64,000 bases of DNA from an uncultured Bacteroidales bacterium (GCA_963749345.1 CAVVMO010000001.1:883336-947335); one strand, 5' to 3'. Counted from the first letter of the stretch, positions 19,375 through 30,487 are shown. A program made the numbers and translations. The notes: a model not told the origin generated them from the sequence alone.

Positions 19375-20760
19375 TTATATCATTTTTCGAGGATCAACCC
19401 ATTGATTGAATTCATCATCAGTCACATAACCCAGTCCTACAGAAGCTTCCCTTAAGGTCAGTCCTTCCTTGTGAGCTTTCTTGGCAATTTCGGCTGCTTT
19501 CTCATACCCGATATGGGTGTTGAGAGCGGTTACAAGCATGAGTGAATTCTCCAGGTTCTTCTTTATAAATGGCAGGTTAGCCTGAATACCAATGGCACAA
19601 TTGTCATTGTAAGATACACAAGCCTCACCCAGCAAACGAGCTGCCATCAAGAGATTATAGATCATCACCGGTTTAAAAACGTTCAACTGAAAATGTCCAT
19701 GCATACCACCCACTGTAATAGCTGCATCGTTTCCGATAACCTGAGCACAAACCATGGACAAAGCTTCAGACTGGGTGGGATTCACCTTGCCAGGCATGAT
19801 GGAAGAACCGGGTTCATTTTCCGGGAAAATAATCTCCCCTATTCCACAACGGGGTCCGGATGCAAGCATACGGGAATTGTTGGCTATATGCATCAGGCTT
19901 ACGGCAAGGGTTTTCAGAGCACCGGAAGCCTCTACCATAGCATCGTGCGCTGATAAAGACTCAAATTTATTTTCAGCCGTCAGGAAAGGATGTCCGGTGA
20001 GTTCAGCAATTTTTTCTGCAACTTTCACTGCATAGCCTTTGGGAGTATTGATCCCGGTTCCAACAGCCGTGCCGCCAAGAGCAAGTTCCTTAAGATGGTC
20101 AAGCGTTGCTTTGAGCGCTTTTATTCCATGATCAAGTTGCGAGACATAACCCGAAAACTCCTGACCCAGGGTAAGTGGAGTGGCATCCATCAGGTGTGTA
20201 CGACCAGTTTTTACAATTCCTTTAAACTCCTCTGCTTTTGCAGCCAGTGTATTTCTGAGTTTGGTAACTCCCGGAATGGTGGTTTCAACGATCATCTTAT
20301 AAGCCGCAATGTGCATGGCTGTTGGGAACGTATCGTTGGATGATTGTGATTTGTTTACGTCATCATTGGGATGGATGATCTTTTTTCCTTCACCCAGTTT
20401 GCCACCACTCAAAACATGTGCACGGTTGGCAATTACCTCATTCAGGTTCATATTGGATTGGGTACCTGAACCCGTTTGCCAGATGACAAGCGGGAAGTTA
20501 TCATCCAATTTCCCTTCAAGGATTTCATCGCAAACCTGGCTGATGAGTTTGGTTTTCTCTTCTGAAAGGACTCCCAGATCATGGTTGGTCATAGCAGCTG
20601 CTTTCTTGAGGTAAGCAAATGCCCTGATAATCTCAATGGGCATGGAGCCCGGATCACCGATCAGGAAATTCATTTTTGACCGCTGGGTTTGCGCTCCCCA
20701 GTATTTATCGGCCGGGACTTCAACCGGTCCCATCGTGTCTTTCTCAACTCTGTATTCCAT
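19375..20760 (-). CDS. fumC: Class II fumarate hydratase
   Basis: [34 protein letters not shown], signature [11 protein letters not shown]. Confidence 0.97.
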   Translation of the reverse strand: MEYRVEKDTMGPVEVPADKYWGAQTQRSKMNFLIGDPGSMPIEIIRAFAYLKKAAAMTNHDLGVLSEEKTKLISQVCDEILEGKLDDNFPLVIWQTGSGTQSNMNLNEVIANRAHVLSGGKLGEGKKIIHPNDDVNKSQSSNDTFPTAMHIAAYKMIVETTIPGVTKLRNTLAAKAEEFKGIVKTGRTHLMDATPLTLGQEFSGYVSQLDHGIKALKATLDHLKELALGGTAVGTGINTPKGYAVKVAEKIAELTGHPFLTAENKFESLSAHDAMVEASGALKTLAVSLMHIANNSRMLASGPRCGIGEIIFPENEPGSSIMPGKVNPTQSEALSMVCAQVIGNDAAITVGGMHGHFQLNVFKPVMIYNLLMAARLLGEACVSYNDNCAIGIQANLPFIKKNLENSLMLVTALNTHIGYEKAAEIAKKAHKEGLTLREASVGLGYVTDDEFNQWVDPRKMI

Positions 20761-20805
20761 TTTGTAAAAAATTTATTGATGTGTGAATTTATAATTGCGT
20801 TAAAA

Positions 20806-21159
20806 TCATTTTTTCAATTTGAACAGATTATCAATCTTTTCAGGCGGATCGGCCCAGACCGCTTTATAATCTTTTTCCACTATAGGTCTTTTTATCAAGT
20901 TTGGATTCTCAATCAGTATTTTAATCCATTCCTCGTTAGTAAAATTTCTTCCTTTAAACTGTTTTAAATAAATTTGTTCCTGCTCACGAATCATCTCCTT
21001 TGGGCTTACGTTCAATTTGGCCAGAATTTCCTTAAAGCTTTCAACAGTGAAGTGTTCTTTCATATACTCCACTACCTTGAACTCCAATCCTTTTTGTTTC
21101 AGGTATTCTAAACCTGATCGCGATTTCCTGCAACGTGGATTGTGATAAATCTTGATCAT
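20806..21159 (-). CDS. ArsC/Spx-family protein (arsenate reductase-like)
   Basis: IYHNPRCRKSR...LIKRPIV pattern. Confidence 0.85.
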   Translation of the reverse strand: MIKIYHNPRCRKSRSGLEYLKQKGLEFKVVEYMKEHFTVESFKEILAKLNVSPKEMIREQEQIYLKQFKGRNFTNEEWIKILIENPNLIKRPIVEKDYKAVWADPPEKIDNLFKLKK

Positions 21160-21191
21160 ATGAATTTAAAATTAGCTGATGTACAAAAAAG

Positions 21192-23387
21192 TTAGTTCAT
21201 CTGAGTAGATTGCGGGTTTTCATTTACATTGAGTATAGTCATTTCATCAATTAAATGCTTAGCACCTGCAAATTTATCTATAATAAACAAACAATAGCGA
21301 ATGTCGAGGGCAATATTCCTGCATTGTGAAATATCGTATGCCAGGTCGCTCATTGTGCCTTCCCAACATCGGTCAAAGTTCAAACCGATCAGGTTACCTT
21401 CCGCATCCATTACGGGACTTCCTGAATTTCCACCCGAAGTATGATTGGTCGCTGTAAAACAAACGTGCATGCTGCCATCCTGGTCAGCATACTGTCCGAA
21501 ATCTTTGTTTCTGTATAGTTCCTTAAGCTTATCTTCAACAACGTAATCATAAATGTCAGGACCTTCCTTTTCGAGGATTCCGTCCAGTGTTGTAAAATAC
21601 TTAAAGTTTACCGCATCATCCGGATGATAACCTTTCACATTACCATAAGCCACCCGCAAGGTAAAATTAGCGTCAGGATAGAACTTCTTCATAGGTTGCA
21701 TTTCCATTTGGGCTTTCATATAGATTCTCATTATGCTATCAATGGCCATACTATACTTAGTCACCAGCGGCATTAACATTTTCTCGTTATATTCCAAAAC
21801 TCCGGCTGAAATTCTAAAAGCAATATCTTTTTCAATAGTCCGGTAATCCCTGGATTTATAATCATTGAGGAGGCTTGCAACCTTTTCTTCAAAACAAAAG
21901 ATTGATTTGGCAAAGACATTTTCAGCTATCTGATTGAAATCACCTTTATTATCATCAAATAATTCTTTTATGATGTCCGGCCAATCCAGTTGGTCATTAT
22001 GATGACAATAATCGGTCATCATTACGGAAAAAATATCCTTGTCAATTTTGGATTGATAATTTTTGAAATAAGACTCTGAAGATTTTATCAGTTGTTCCTT
22101 TTTCTTTTCTACTTCTGTTTGATCAGCCTTCTTATTTTTGCTCAACTTTACAAGATCACCAAAGGATCGGGCAAACCGGATGATTTCAATGCTTAAAATA
22201 GATTCGCGTATATAATTTAGCTTCATACTTAAAGGGCTAATTTCTGCATAACATTTAGCCAATTCATGCAACAAGTTTCCGTATTTTTCTTTGTTTGATA
22301 CTGAGGAATTGGCCCAGATCTGAAACTCCTGCTCAAATTCCTTTTTTTTATCAACTGTTTTCAGACGATTAATTCCGCGACTTTCTCCGATTGACTTTTT
22401 CCATCCATTTGCAAGTCCTGATCGCTTGGCTGCATACTGAATCCTGACCGCTCTGCTTTCCTTCATTGCTGAGTTATATATTTCCAGCTTCTTTTCCCTC
22501 AGGCTGATCCGAATGGGATTCAGCACATTTGACTGCAAATCAATACCGTAAGAAGGAATGTATTCCTGTGTACTACCAGGATACCCAAAGACGAAAGTAA
22601 AATCGCCTTCTTTAATTCCACTTGTCGAAATGGAAAGGTGTCTTTTGGATTTATATGGAACATTTTTATCGGAATACTTAGCTGGATTATTGGAGCTGTC
22701 GGCATAAATCCTGAACAATGAAAAATCGCCGGTATGTCTTGGCCACATCCAGTTGTCCGTATCGCCTCCAAAGTTGCCAATATTCGAAGGTGGCGCACCC
22801 ACCAGCCTGACATCTTCAAAAACCTCATTGATAAAGAGGAAGTACTGGTTCTCGTAAAAGAATGATTTTACCTCGGCACTGTAATGGGTATCTTTAATAG
22901 CCTCTTCTTTTATTTTTTTTACATTTTCGGCAATCTTAGCTAACCTGATTATATCATTCATTGTTGCATCCACCCCGTTTAGAACCTCGCTTGTAACATC
23001 TGACATTTTTATCAGAAAAGTAACTTTCAATCCCGGATTTGCAAGCTCCTCTGTGCGGTTCATAGCCCAGAAACCATCCGTTAAATAATCATGCTCAAGT
23101 GAGGAATGATATTGTATGTAGCCATTTCCGCAATGGTGATTGGTAAGGATCAGCCCTTCAGGCGAAATAACTTCGCCGGTGCAACCTCCGCCAAAAATCA
23201 CGATGGCATCCTTCAGGCTTGAATGATTCTCACTATAGATATCCTCAGCGGTAATACGCATGCCCATCGCCTGCATTTCGTCCTCGTTCAACTCTCCAAG
23301 AAACATTGGGATCCACATTCCCTCATCAGGTTTTGCGAGAAAAGCTATAAAAAGAAAAACGAAGAATAGTATAAATTTCTTAATCAT
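21192..23387 (-). CDS. S46-family dipeptidyl peptidase (DPP11-like)
   Basis: DEGMWIP, TNHHCG (His), GGDTDNWMWPRHTGDF (Asp), GGNSGSP (Ser), LNFDRCWEG. Confidence 0.92.
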   Translation of the reverse strand: MIKKFILFFVFLFIAFLAKPDEGMWIPMFLGELNEDEMQAMGMRITAEDIYSENHSSLKDAIVIFGGGCTGEVISPEGLILTNHHCGNGYIQYHSSLEHDYLTDGFWAMNRTEELANPGLKVTFLIKMSDVTSEVLNGVDATMNDIIRLAKIAENVKKIKEEAIKDTHYSAEVKSFFYENQYFLFINEVFEDVRLVGAPPSNIGNFGGDTDNWMWPRHTGDFSLFRIYADSSNNPAKYSDKNVPYKSKRHLSISTSGIKEGDFTFVFGYPGSTQEYIPSYGIDLQSNVLNPIRISLREKKLEIYNSAMKESRAVRIQYAAKRSGLANGWKKSIGESRGINRLKTVDKKKEFEQEFQIWANSSVSNKEKYGNLLHELAKCYAEISPLSMKLNYIRESILSIEIIRFARSFGDLVKLSKNKKADQTEVEKKKEQLIKSSESYFKNYQSKIDKDIFSVMMTDYCHHNDQLDWPDIIKELFDDNKGDFNQIAENVFAKSIFCFEEKVASLLNDYKSRDYRTIEKDIAFRISAGVLEYNEKMLMPLVTKYSMAIDSIMRIYMKAQMEMQPMKKFYPDANFTLRVAYGNVKGYHPDDAVNFKYFTTLDGILEKEGPDIYDYVVEDKLKELYRNKDFGQYADQDGSMHVCFTATNHTSGGNSGSPVMDAEGNLIGLNFDRCWEGTMSDLAYDISQCRNIALDIRYCLFIIDKFAGAKHLIDEMTILNVNENPQSTQMN

Positions 23388-23409
23388 AATACTGCTTTTT
23401 GTAGTCGGG

Positions 23410-23417
23410 CAAATTTA
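23410..23417 (-). promoter_or_regulatory. Bacteroidota -7 element upstream of the S46 peptidase
   Basis: Reverse complement taaatttg, about 23 nt upstream of the start. Confidence 0.45.
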
Positions 23418-23558
23418 GTAAATTGAAGTACCCGGTAATTATTCCGGGATGATTTTTATAATTTTTTGCCTGGGTTCCTCAAAGAAATTTCATAAAGGTA
23501 CTCAATAGAAAAAGCTTTTGCATTGTAATACTTCTGTGTAAAAGATTCCTAATTTAAA

Positions 23559-24914
23559 TTAGAAGCCAGAATTAATTTTGTCCAAACCTTGCTTTATATA
23601 GTTGCGGTCAAGTGCGGTTTTAAATTCATCAAATGCCTTCTCTCTCGATTCTTTCCCATTAACTCCAACACCCCTTATCCCGCTAATTTCTTTGGTCCAA
23701 ATTGTTTTACTGCTTTTATCCGTAAGTTTAATTTCGCCTTTAAGATCAACAGAAACAAGACCGCCGGCGCTGGTACCTGGATTAACATTATAACTCAGGG
23801 TAAAAGTAAAATCTGATGAATTGTTGTCAATGAATTGATAACCGCCACCTATTGCATTCTGATTAAAGACCTGTTTCAATCTGGAGCATTCATCCCCTTC
23901 ACAACAATTTTCAGAAATTCTAAGAGCCATGGAAGGAGATTCGATGGCAATTTTAACAATTGCGGGCTGAATGGACTTTTTTAAAATTAATCCACGGATG
24001 AAAGTATCCTCAACAGCTTTTGAGGCAATTTCTTTAAGATTAATAATTGCTGAAATTTGTTCCTGTTTGTTTCTGGAATAGATCACTTCGTGCTGCAGAA
24101 ACACAAATCCATCTCCATCTGAGTTCTGACGGTCAGTTTTCAGGTAGCCTCCGGTATAGCTGAATTCAACAGGGATTCCATTGGCAGGTAGATCTTTGTA
24201 GCGCACCTTGAATTTTAAACTTTGACCAAATGATTCACCTCTTTTAACTTTTATCTCCCCGATTTCGGTTTCAATGGTCAATGCCGCCAATACCTGGTCC
24301 ATGGATGAAAACAACTGGTTACCTATATCAATTTTGCCCTCATTACTGATAACTGAAGTTTCTTCCTTTAGGTAGGATTTTAAAGCTTGCAGTCCCTGCA
24401 AATAAAATGTCAATGCTTCTTTAGGCCTGGTAGATTTTTCTTCCTGAATTCCTGAATTGTATTTCGCCAAAGCAGTCATGAGTGCTTCCTGTTTCTTCAA
24501 TTCTTTCTTTGCTGCATATGTTTCTTTGCTGATGCGGAAATAAACCCAATAGGAATCATTATTTTCATAATATTCAACTGGTTCAAATCCTTCAAGATAA
24601 TCTTCTACTGTCGTTTCAATCCGCTGATCATACGATTCAACGTGACCATATTTATTTTCGATTGTATGATAAACTGAAGTGGAGCTAATTTGTGTAGAAA
24701 CTTCTCCTGACAGGTCGGCGAGAGCGTCTTTTCGCGCATTGGCAATATACTCTGAGGAAGTTCCAACTTTTTTAGCACTGCCTATTCCGACATAATATCC
24801 CGGGAAAATTGGCTTCTGCTTCATCCAGACAGGTTGTGCCTCGAATTCTGCCGCCTGTTTTTTTGCAGCACAGGCCGACAAAAGAACTATTACTATAATT
24901 AAATGTCCTCTCAC
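23559..24914 (-). CDS. LPP20-family lipoprotein
   Basis: Lipobox LLSAC; QPVW...YYVGIGSA...ARKDALADLSGEVSTQISS LPP20-like pattern. Confidence 0.7.
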   Translation of the reverse strand: MRGHLIIVIVLLSACAAKKQAAEFEAQPVWMKQKPIFPGYYVGIGSAKKVGTSSEYIANARKDALADLSGEVSTQISSTSVYHTIENKYGHVESYDQRIETTVEDYLEGFEPVEYYENNDSYWVYFRISKETYAAKKELKKQEALMTALAKYNSGIQEEKSTRPKEALTFYLQGLQALKSYLKEETSVISNEGKIDIGNQLFSSMDQVLAALTIETEIGEIKVKRGESFGQSLKFKVRYKDLPANGIPVEFSYTGGYLKTDRQNSDGDGFVFLQHEVIYSRNKQEQISAIINLKEIASKAVEDTFIRGLILKKSIQPAIVKIAIESPSMALRISENCCEGDECSRLKQVFNQNAIGGGYQFIDNNSSDFTFTLSYNVNPGTSAGGLVSVDLKGEIKLTDKSSKTIWTKEISGIRGVGVNGKESREKAFDEFKTALDRNYIKQGLDKINSGF

Positions 24915-26272
24915 TTACTTTCGGGATTGTATTTATCTACTTTCTCTACTATCAGGTCTGCAGCTTCATCCATCAACTCACTAGCCAATGCAGTTGTTGA
25001 CTTAACAGTTTGTCTGGCATTAAATAACTGCTTCAGTGTACTGATGTCCCCGGGATTGTTTTTAATCACGTCCTCCGGTGAACTGCTATCCTTATTTTTC
25101 CAGTATCCAGGGACGAGGTTCTTTTTTTCACCATCATACTTGGCATAATGAGCTTTATCAGAATTGTTAATACTGACGATATCGCTCACCAATACTAAAC
25201 CATTTTCAGTCGAAACCATCTTATAATCCAGATTCAGTTGTGCTTTATTTTCAAGCTCGTATTCCGCATATTCGATTTTATGCCAGGTAATTTTTTCAAC
25301 CTCCTGCCCTGCTTCGTTCTTTACAATATTTACTTCTTTGATGTAGCCACGCCTGACAGTTTTAATCAATTTCCCCTCTGTCTTTTCAACCTCGTTTAGA
25401 TTGCCTGAAAGAATCGCTTTAATTCCTGCAAGATTAGCTGCCTGTATGTTAATTTTACCGTTTTCGTACAATCCAATATCAATGCTTGCCGGATCAAGAA
25501 TTTTAACAAATGGATTTGTAAGTGATCCTATCCTGGTTTTCACTTTTGTTGTCACCGCTTTTGAAGCATCCAAAGTAAGGGTCTTTGCAGATCCAAATTC
25601 AGAGATGAGGATAGTCAGAGTTCCTTTTTCAAGAGCTTCTTCTTTTAAGCTCGCTGCTAGCTTATAGCCTCCTGTTCCAGCTAAAATTTCCGTAAATTTT
25701 CCATAAGCTTTCCGATAAAATCCATTTTCGAGATATTGGTTAGCCTCGCGGTATAGGGGTTCGTATCTTGCAATTGTATTCTTTTCTTTTACATCCTTAA
25801 AGTTGGGCTCAACTATTAGTATTTCATCAAAAATCTTCCGGGCTCCGGTGAAGTCTTCCCGATTTAGTTTTTCGAGCCCATCAGCATATTTTTTATTCAG
25901 GAAATCGCCTTTTGCTTCATCATAATAAGATTCATAACTTTTAGGAAAATTCAAATCAACACCAACCGTTTTTAATTTATTGGAGTAGGATTCGGCATCT
26001 TTGTATTTATAAACAGCATCCTGGAAATCTGCGCCATTGTATGCCTTCATGAAAGCGGACAATTTATTGTCCAGAGTAATTTGACCATTCTTCCGTAAAC
26101 CAAGCTTCGCTTCTACATTGCTGTCTTTTCTTTTGACAGCTTCATAGTAATATTCCGCTGCATCTAAGTACAACCCTGCTTGCTCGAACTTAGCTGCTTG
26201 TTTAGTAAACCGTTTGGAAGCGCAGCCCGAGACCAACAAAAGGACACTGATAATCAAACAAATTTTTTTCAT
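24911..26272 (-). CDS. TPR-containing lipoprotein
   Basis: Lipobox LVSGC; N-terminal TPR-like helices; 4-nt overlap with the LPP20 gene. Confidence 0.65.
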   Translation of the reverse strand: MKKICLIISVLLLVSGCASKRFTKQAAKFEQAGLYLDAAEYYYEAVKRKDSNVEAKLGLRKNGQITLDNKLSAFMKAYNGADFQDAVYKYKDAESYSNKLKTVGVDLNFPKSYESYYDEAKGDFLNKKYADGLEKLNREDFTGARKIFDEILIVEPNFKDVKEKNTIARYEPLYREANQYLENGFYRKAYGKFTEILAGTGGYKLAASLKEEALEKGTLTILISEFGSAKTLTLDASKAVTTKVKTRIGSLTNPFVKILDPASIDIGLYENGKINIQAANLAGIKAILSGNLNEVEKTEGKLIKTVRRGYIKEVNIVKNEAGQEVEKITWHKIEYAEYELENKAQLNLDYKMVSTENGLVLVSDIVSINNSDKAHYAKYDGEKKNLVPGYWKNKDSSSPEDVIKNNPGDISTLKQLFNARQTVKSTTALASELMDEAADLIVEKVDKYNPESK

Positions 26273-26441
26273 CCTGCACTATTCTAAAAGGCTTTGCAAA
26301 TTACAACAATCTTTCAGGAGTAAAACTTAAAGGCATAAAATTATAAAATAAGTTTTAATGGATACTGATGAGTGCTGGTCTTCTTGCATTATAATTTCAG
26401 ATTTCTAAAATAACGGTTGGTTATTGTAAAGGTTGTTTTCA

Positions 26442-26449
26442 TACTTTTG
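26442..26449 (+). promoter_or_regulatory. Bacteroidota -7 element upstream of the symporter
   Basis: tacttttg about 35 nt before the ATG. Confidence 0.45.
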
Positions 26450-26483
26450 TCTAACGGTTAACTTTTATTTTTAAAGTAAACAA

Positions 26484-27878
26484 ATGTTTAAACCGAGGAC
26501 AATCCTGCTTACCCTGTTGGTGATGATCACCATCACTGCCTTTACACATGTACTTAATATCTATCAGATAGCCGACGTTCCAGGAATCCTGAATTTAGTG
26601 CTTCGGTGGCTTACGATATTGGTTATCATCTTTTATGCTTTTACAAAAAAGAACCTGACCACGTGGATATTGATTAGTATGATAGTCGGAGCAGAATTCG
26701 GGTATGATCTTCCTGAATTCTCGCTGAACCTGCAATTGTTCAGTAAAATATTTCTCAATCTCGTAAAGACGATCATTGCCCCGTTGCTCTTTGCTACGCT
26801 GGTGGTTGGTATTGCCGGCCATTCTAATCTTAAGCAGGTAGGCAGGATGGGCTGGAAATCAATTGTTTATTTTGAGGTGGTTTCAACCATTGCACTTTTT
26901 ATAGGTCTTGCAGCCATCAATATAAGCCGTGCCGGATTAGGTGTTACCTTACCAGTAGGCGCTGAACAGGCAGCTGCACCTGACGTTAAAAAGCAAACAA
27001 TACAAGAGATTATCCTTCATGTTTTTCCTGAGAATATTGCCAAGGCGGTTTACGAAGGACAGGTGCTTCAAATCGTAATTTTCAGTATTATATTCGGGAT
27101 AGCGGTTGCTATGCTGAAAGAAAAGTACAAAACACCAATGCTGCGGTTTTCAGAAAGTCTGGCTGAAACCATGTTTAAATTTACCAACCTCATCATGTAT
27201 TTTGCGCCGGTAGCCGTTTTTGCAGCCATCGCCTATTCCGTGGGTCACATGGGGCTGGACATTCTGTTTAATCTTTTTAAATTGTTGATGACGCTTTATG
27301 TATCACTCACTGTCTTTCTCTTGCTGGTTCTTTTGCCGATTGCATTAATTTTAAAAATTCCAATTCGAAATTTTATCCGGGCTGTTTCCGAACCAGCATC
27401 CATCGCTTTTGCCACCACCAGCAGCGAATCAGCCTTGCCCATTGCGATGGAATCTATGGAAAAATTTGGCGTTCCCCGTAAGATCGTCGCTTTTGTGATG
27501 CCAACTGGTTACAGTTTCAACCTTGATGGAACCACACTTTACCTTTCGCTTGCCACCATCTTTATCGCCCAAATCAGCGGCATACATCTTTCTTTCGATA
27601 AACAGTTAATCATCGTATTTACACTGATGCTTACGAGTAAAGGAGTTGCCGGAGTGCCGCGTGCTTCTCTTGTGATTTTATTGGCCACTGCGGCCAATTT
27701 CGGACTACCTGTCTGGCCCATCTTTATTATACTTGGAATAGATGAATTGATGGATATGGCGCGTACTTCAGTAAATGTGATTGGGAACTGTCTTGCCACA
27801 GCTGTCATTGCCCGTTGGGAAAATGAATTCGACCGGGAGGCAGCCCTCAATTTTAATCCGAAGATGATGAATAAATAA
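26484..27878 (+). CDS. Dicarboxylate/amino acid:cation symporter (GltP/DctA family)
   Basis: FATTSSESALP, PTGYSFNLDGT, TSKGVAGVPRAS, DMARTSVNVIGN. Confidence 0.92.
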   Translation: MFKPRTILLTLLVMITITAFTHVLNIYQIADVPGILNLVLRWLTILVIIFYAFTKKNLTTWILISMIVGAEFGYDLPEFSLNLQLFSKIFLNLVKTIIAPLLFATLVVGIAGHSNLKQVGRMGWKSIVYFEVVSTIALFIGLAAINISRAGLGVTLPVGAEQAAAPDVKKQTIQEIILHVFPENIAKAVYEGQVLQIVIFSIIFGIAVAMLKEKYKTPMLRFSESLAETMFKFTNLIMYFAPVAVFAAIAYSVGHMGLDILFNLFKLLMTLYVSLTVFLLLVLLPIALILKIPIRNFIRAVSEPASIAFATTSSESALPIAMESMEKFGVPRKIVAFVMPTGYSFNLDGTTLYLSLATIFIAQISGIHLSFDKQLIIVFTLMLTSKGVAGVPRASLVILLATAANFGLPVWPIFIILGIDELMDMARTSVNVIGNCLATAVIARWENEFDREAALNFNPKMMNK

Positions 27879-27902
27879 AACAACCAAAAAATCTTTAAAA
27901 CC

Positions 27903-28595
27903 ATGAAAACGATTATTGTAAAATCAGCCGTTTGCATGATGATTCTGGGCAGCACTTTCATAGTTAATAATTTAATAGCCCAGGAAGAATGCAAAGTTCT
28001 GAAACCTGAAATCAGCGGCTCTTATACCGGTAAATGTAAAAAAGGTCTTGCTGATGGAAAAGGGAAAGCTGTTGGAAGGGACACCTACGAAGGCCAGTTC
28101 AACGAGGGAGTTCCGTGGGGAAAAGGCACGTATACCTGGGCGAATGGCGATGTTTATTCAGGTGATTGGAAAAAGGGGCAAAGGAATGGCGTGGGAGATT
28201 TCACGTTTAAGAAAAACGATAAAGATACCATCGTTTCCGGTTTATGGGAAAATGACATATACCTTGGTCCCAATCCAAAAGAACCAGAGGTGATCTCAAA
28301 AACGAGCATTGACCGATACAACATTTATAGGCAGGGAGATATTTTAAACAGAGTTTTGATTGATTTCCAGCAAAACGGAATGAGAAATACCGGTATAACC
28401 AACCTGCTGATTGCTTCAGATAGCGGAACCGAAACGCATCTTGGTTATTTAATAGGTTATGAAAATATCATTTTCCCGGTAGTAATCAAAGTAAATTATA
28501 CCACCTGGAATAAAATTCGTAGCCAGCAAATCAATGCCATCTTTGAATTTAAAATCAGTGAGCCGGGTGACTGGCGGGTAGAGATTTTTAATTAA
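27903..28595 (+). CDS. MORN-repeat secreted protein
   Basis: YEGQFNEGVPWGKGTYTWANGDVYSGDWKKGQRNGVG repeats; signal peptide. Confidence 0.8.
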   Translation: MKTIIVKSAVCMMILGSTFIVNNLIAQEECKVLKPEISGSYTGKCKKGLADGKGKAVGRDTYEGQFNEGVPWGKGTYTWANGDVYSGDWKKGQRNGVGDFTFKKNDKDTIVSGLWENDIYLGPNPKEPEVISKTSIDRYNIYRQGDILNRVLIDFQQNGMRNTGITNLLIASDSGTETHLGYLIGYENIIFPVVIKVNYTTWNKIRSQQINAIFEFKISEPGDWRVEIFN

Positions 28596-28667
28596 TTTTA
28601 TTAACCAAAAAGAAATAATATTTAATAATTCTTGTCATAGATTTTAAAAATAAAGACTAAATAAATT

Positions 28668-29588
28668 ATGGCAATTCCAACATCAAGAACAAAAGAGGTA
28701 GCCCGCATTACAATTGACCAGGAAAAATGCAATGGGTGCGGTTTATGCGTTGAAGTGTGTAATGACTTCAGCATTATAATGAAAGACGGTAAAGCACATG
28801 TCTCAGGCACTTCGTTTTTTGGCTGTATCGGTTGCGGGCACTGCATGGCTATCTGCCCAAAGGATGCTATTACAATCAATGGACGTTTTACTTCAGAGGC
28901 CGATCTTTTTCCGTTGCCTGAAAAAGAAAGTGCGGCCAATTATGAGTCCATTCTCAGCCTCTATCAGCGCCGAAGAAGTGTCCGGGAATTTAAAGATAAA
29001 CCTGTTGAACAGGAACTTATTGACAAAGTACTTGAGGCGGCTATGACAGCGCCTATGGGATTACCACCTTCGGATGTAGGCGTGGTGGTTCTGCAAAGAA
29101 AAGAAAAAGTAAGGCAGTTTGCGGAAGATTATTGCACTTACCTTGAAAAAATCAAATTCTTCGTTTCTAAAGGATTCCTTGCCATGATGCGCCCCTTTTG
29201 GGGTAAAGCCGGTGACGAGATGTTCAGGGGATTTTTGAGGCCTCTTGTTCATGGCTATATCCGTTCGATGAAAGCCGGCGACAATTATGTGACTTACGAT
29301 GCTCCTGTCGCTATGTATTTTTATGGATCGCCTTATTGCGATCCCGCCGATCCGATCATTGCCGCTACTTATGCCATGATCGCTGCAGAATCCCTTGGAT
29401 TGGGAACCTGTATGTTGGGTGGAGTTCATCCCTTTATTCAGAAAGGGAAAGCAGCGAAAAAATTCCGCGAAAAATATGGTATCAAATATACCAGCCGGGA
29501 AGGATTGATCGTCATTATGGGTTATCCGAGGGTAAAATACCACAAGGGGATTAGGAGGACATTTGCAAATGTCCAGATGATGAATTGA
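28668..29588 (+). CDS. Ferredoxin-nitroreductase fusion protein
   Basis: CNGCGLCVEVC and CIGCGHCMAIC; RRSVREF and AESLGLGTC nitroreductase motifs. Confidence 0.9.
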   Translation: MAIPTSRTKEVARITIDQEKCNGCGLCVEVCNDFSIIMKDGKAHVSGTSFFGCIGCGHCMAICPKDAITINGRFTSEADLFPLPEKESAANYESILSLYQRRRSVREFKDKPVEQELIDKVLEAAMTAPMGLPPSDVGVVVLQRKEKVRQFAEDYCTYLEKIKFFVSKGFLAMMRPFWGKAGDEMFRGFLRPLVHGYIRSMKAGDNYVTYDAPVAMYFYGSPYCDPADPIIAATYAMIAAESLGLGTCMLGGVHPFIQKGKAAKKFREKYGIKYTSREGLIVIMGYPRVKYHKGIRRTFANVQMMN

Positions 29589-29614
29589 CAAGTTAATAAC
29601 AATAATTTCTCATT

Positions 29615-30487
29615 ATGCATCCGGGCAGGTCCATATCAGACATTTGTAAAGAATATCCGGTTGTTTCTTATTGCCTGGTCGCATTTATAATTACCTGGGG
29701 ACTAAAATATCTCTATTGCATGGCGAAAATAGATAATGAAATGCCATCCTTTAACTTTAGCATCTTTGCTCAATTCGGACCTTCACTCGCAGCATTAATT
29801 CTGATTGGTTTGATCGACAGTAAGAATGGATTTGATCGCATTCTAAAAAGCCTGATCAACTGGCGGGTAGGAATTGGCTGGATTGTCCTTGCAATTTCTT
29901 TCGAATTTGTCATGTTTCTTGGTATCACCTTAGTATTTTGGTTTATATATGGCTCACTTCCAATGGATCGTAAATTTAATTTCTCTTCTGATCTTTTTCC
30001 TATGTTCTCAACTTTCTTAATGGGATTGTTTTTATGGGGACTTTCGGAAGAAATCGGATGGCGGGGGTGGATGCTACCCAAGTTGCAAAACACAATGTCG
30101 CCTTTCATTGCTTCTTTGATTATTTCAATTGTGGTGACTCTGTGGCATGCAAATCCAAACAATTTTTCGGAAATACTCACACCTAAGGACGGAACCTATA
30201 TTATTGGCTATTTCCCGGAACTTGTCGAACGACTAATCATTACATTTCCAATTACCCTTGTAATTACTTACATTTTTAACAATACCCATGGCAGCTTGTT
30301 GCTGATGGCAATTTTTCATTCTGCAAGCAATACCTCCTATTTCTGGGTTGATGATATTTTCGGAGTTGTAAAATCTGAATTTTTTAAAGCAGGCTTTCTG
30401 ATAATTTTAATAAGTTTGGCCATTATTTTCTCAATCCTTGTAATCAGGCAGGATAAGAAGGTAACTTATGAACAAACCAATTGTTAA
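29615..30487 (+). CDS. CPBP (Abi/CAAX) intramembrane metalloprotease
   Basis: SEEIGWRGWMLP, LWHA, AIFHSASN; multiple TM helices. Confidence 0.88.
   Translation: MHPGRSISDICKEYPVVSYCLVAFIITWGLKYLYCMAKIDNEMPSFNFSIFAQFGPSLAALILIGLIDSKNGFDRILKSLINWRVGIGWIVLAISFEFVMFLGITLVFWFIYGSLPMDRKFNFSSDLFPMFSTFLMGLFLWGLSEEIGWRGWMLPKLQNTMSPFIASLIISIVVTLWHANPNNFSEILTPKDGTYIIGYFPELVERLIITFPITLVITYIFNNTHGSLLLMAIFHSASNTSYFWVDDIFGVVKSEFFKAGFLIILISLAIIFSILVIRQDKKVTYEQTNC

Noticed and set aside
20806-21159. ArsC-family gene as part of the arsenic cluster
   Set aside because: It lies 17 kb from acr3 among housekeeping genes, and this family includes non-arsenate-reducing Spx/YffB-like members.
29061-29591. 176-aa minus-strand ORF and the many other 60-140 aa overlapping ORFs in the track
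   Set aside because: They lie antisense or out of frame within well-supported genes and have no motifs.
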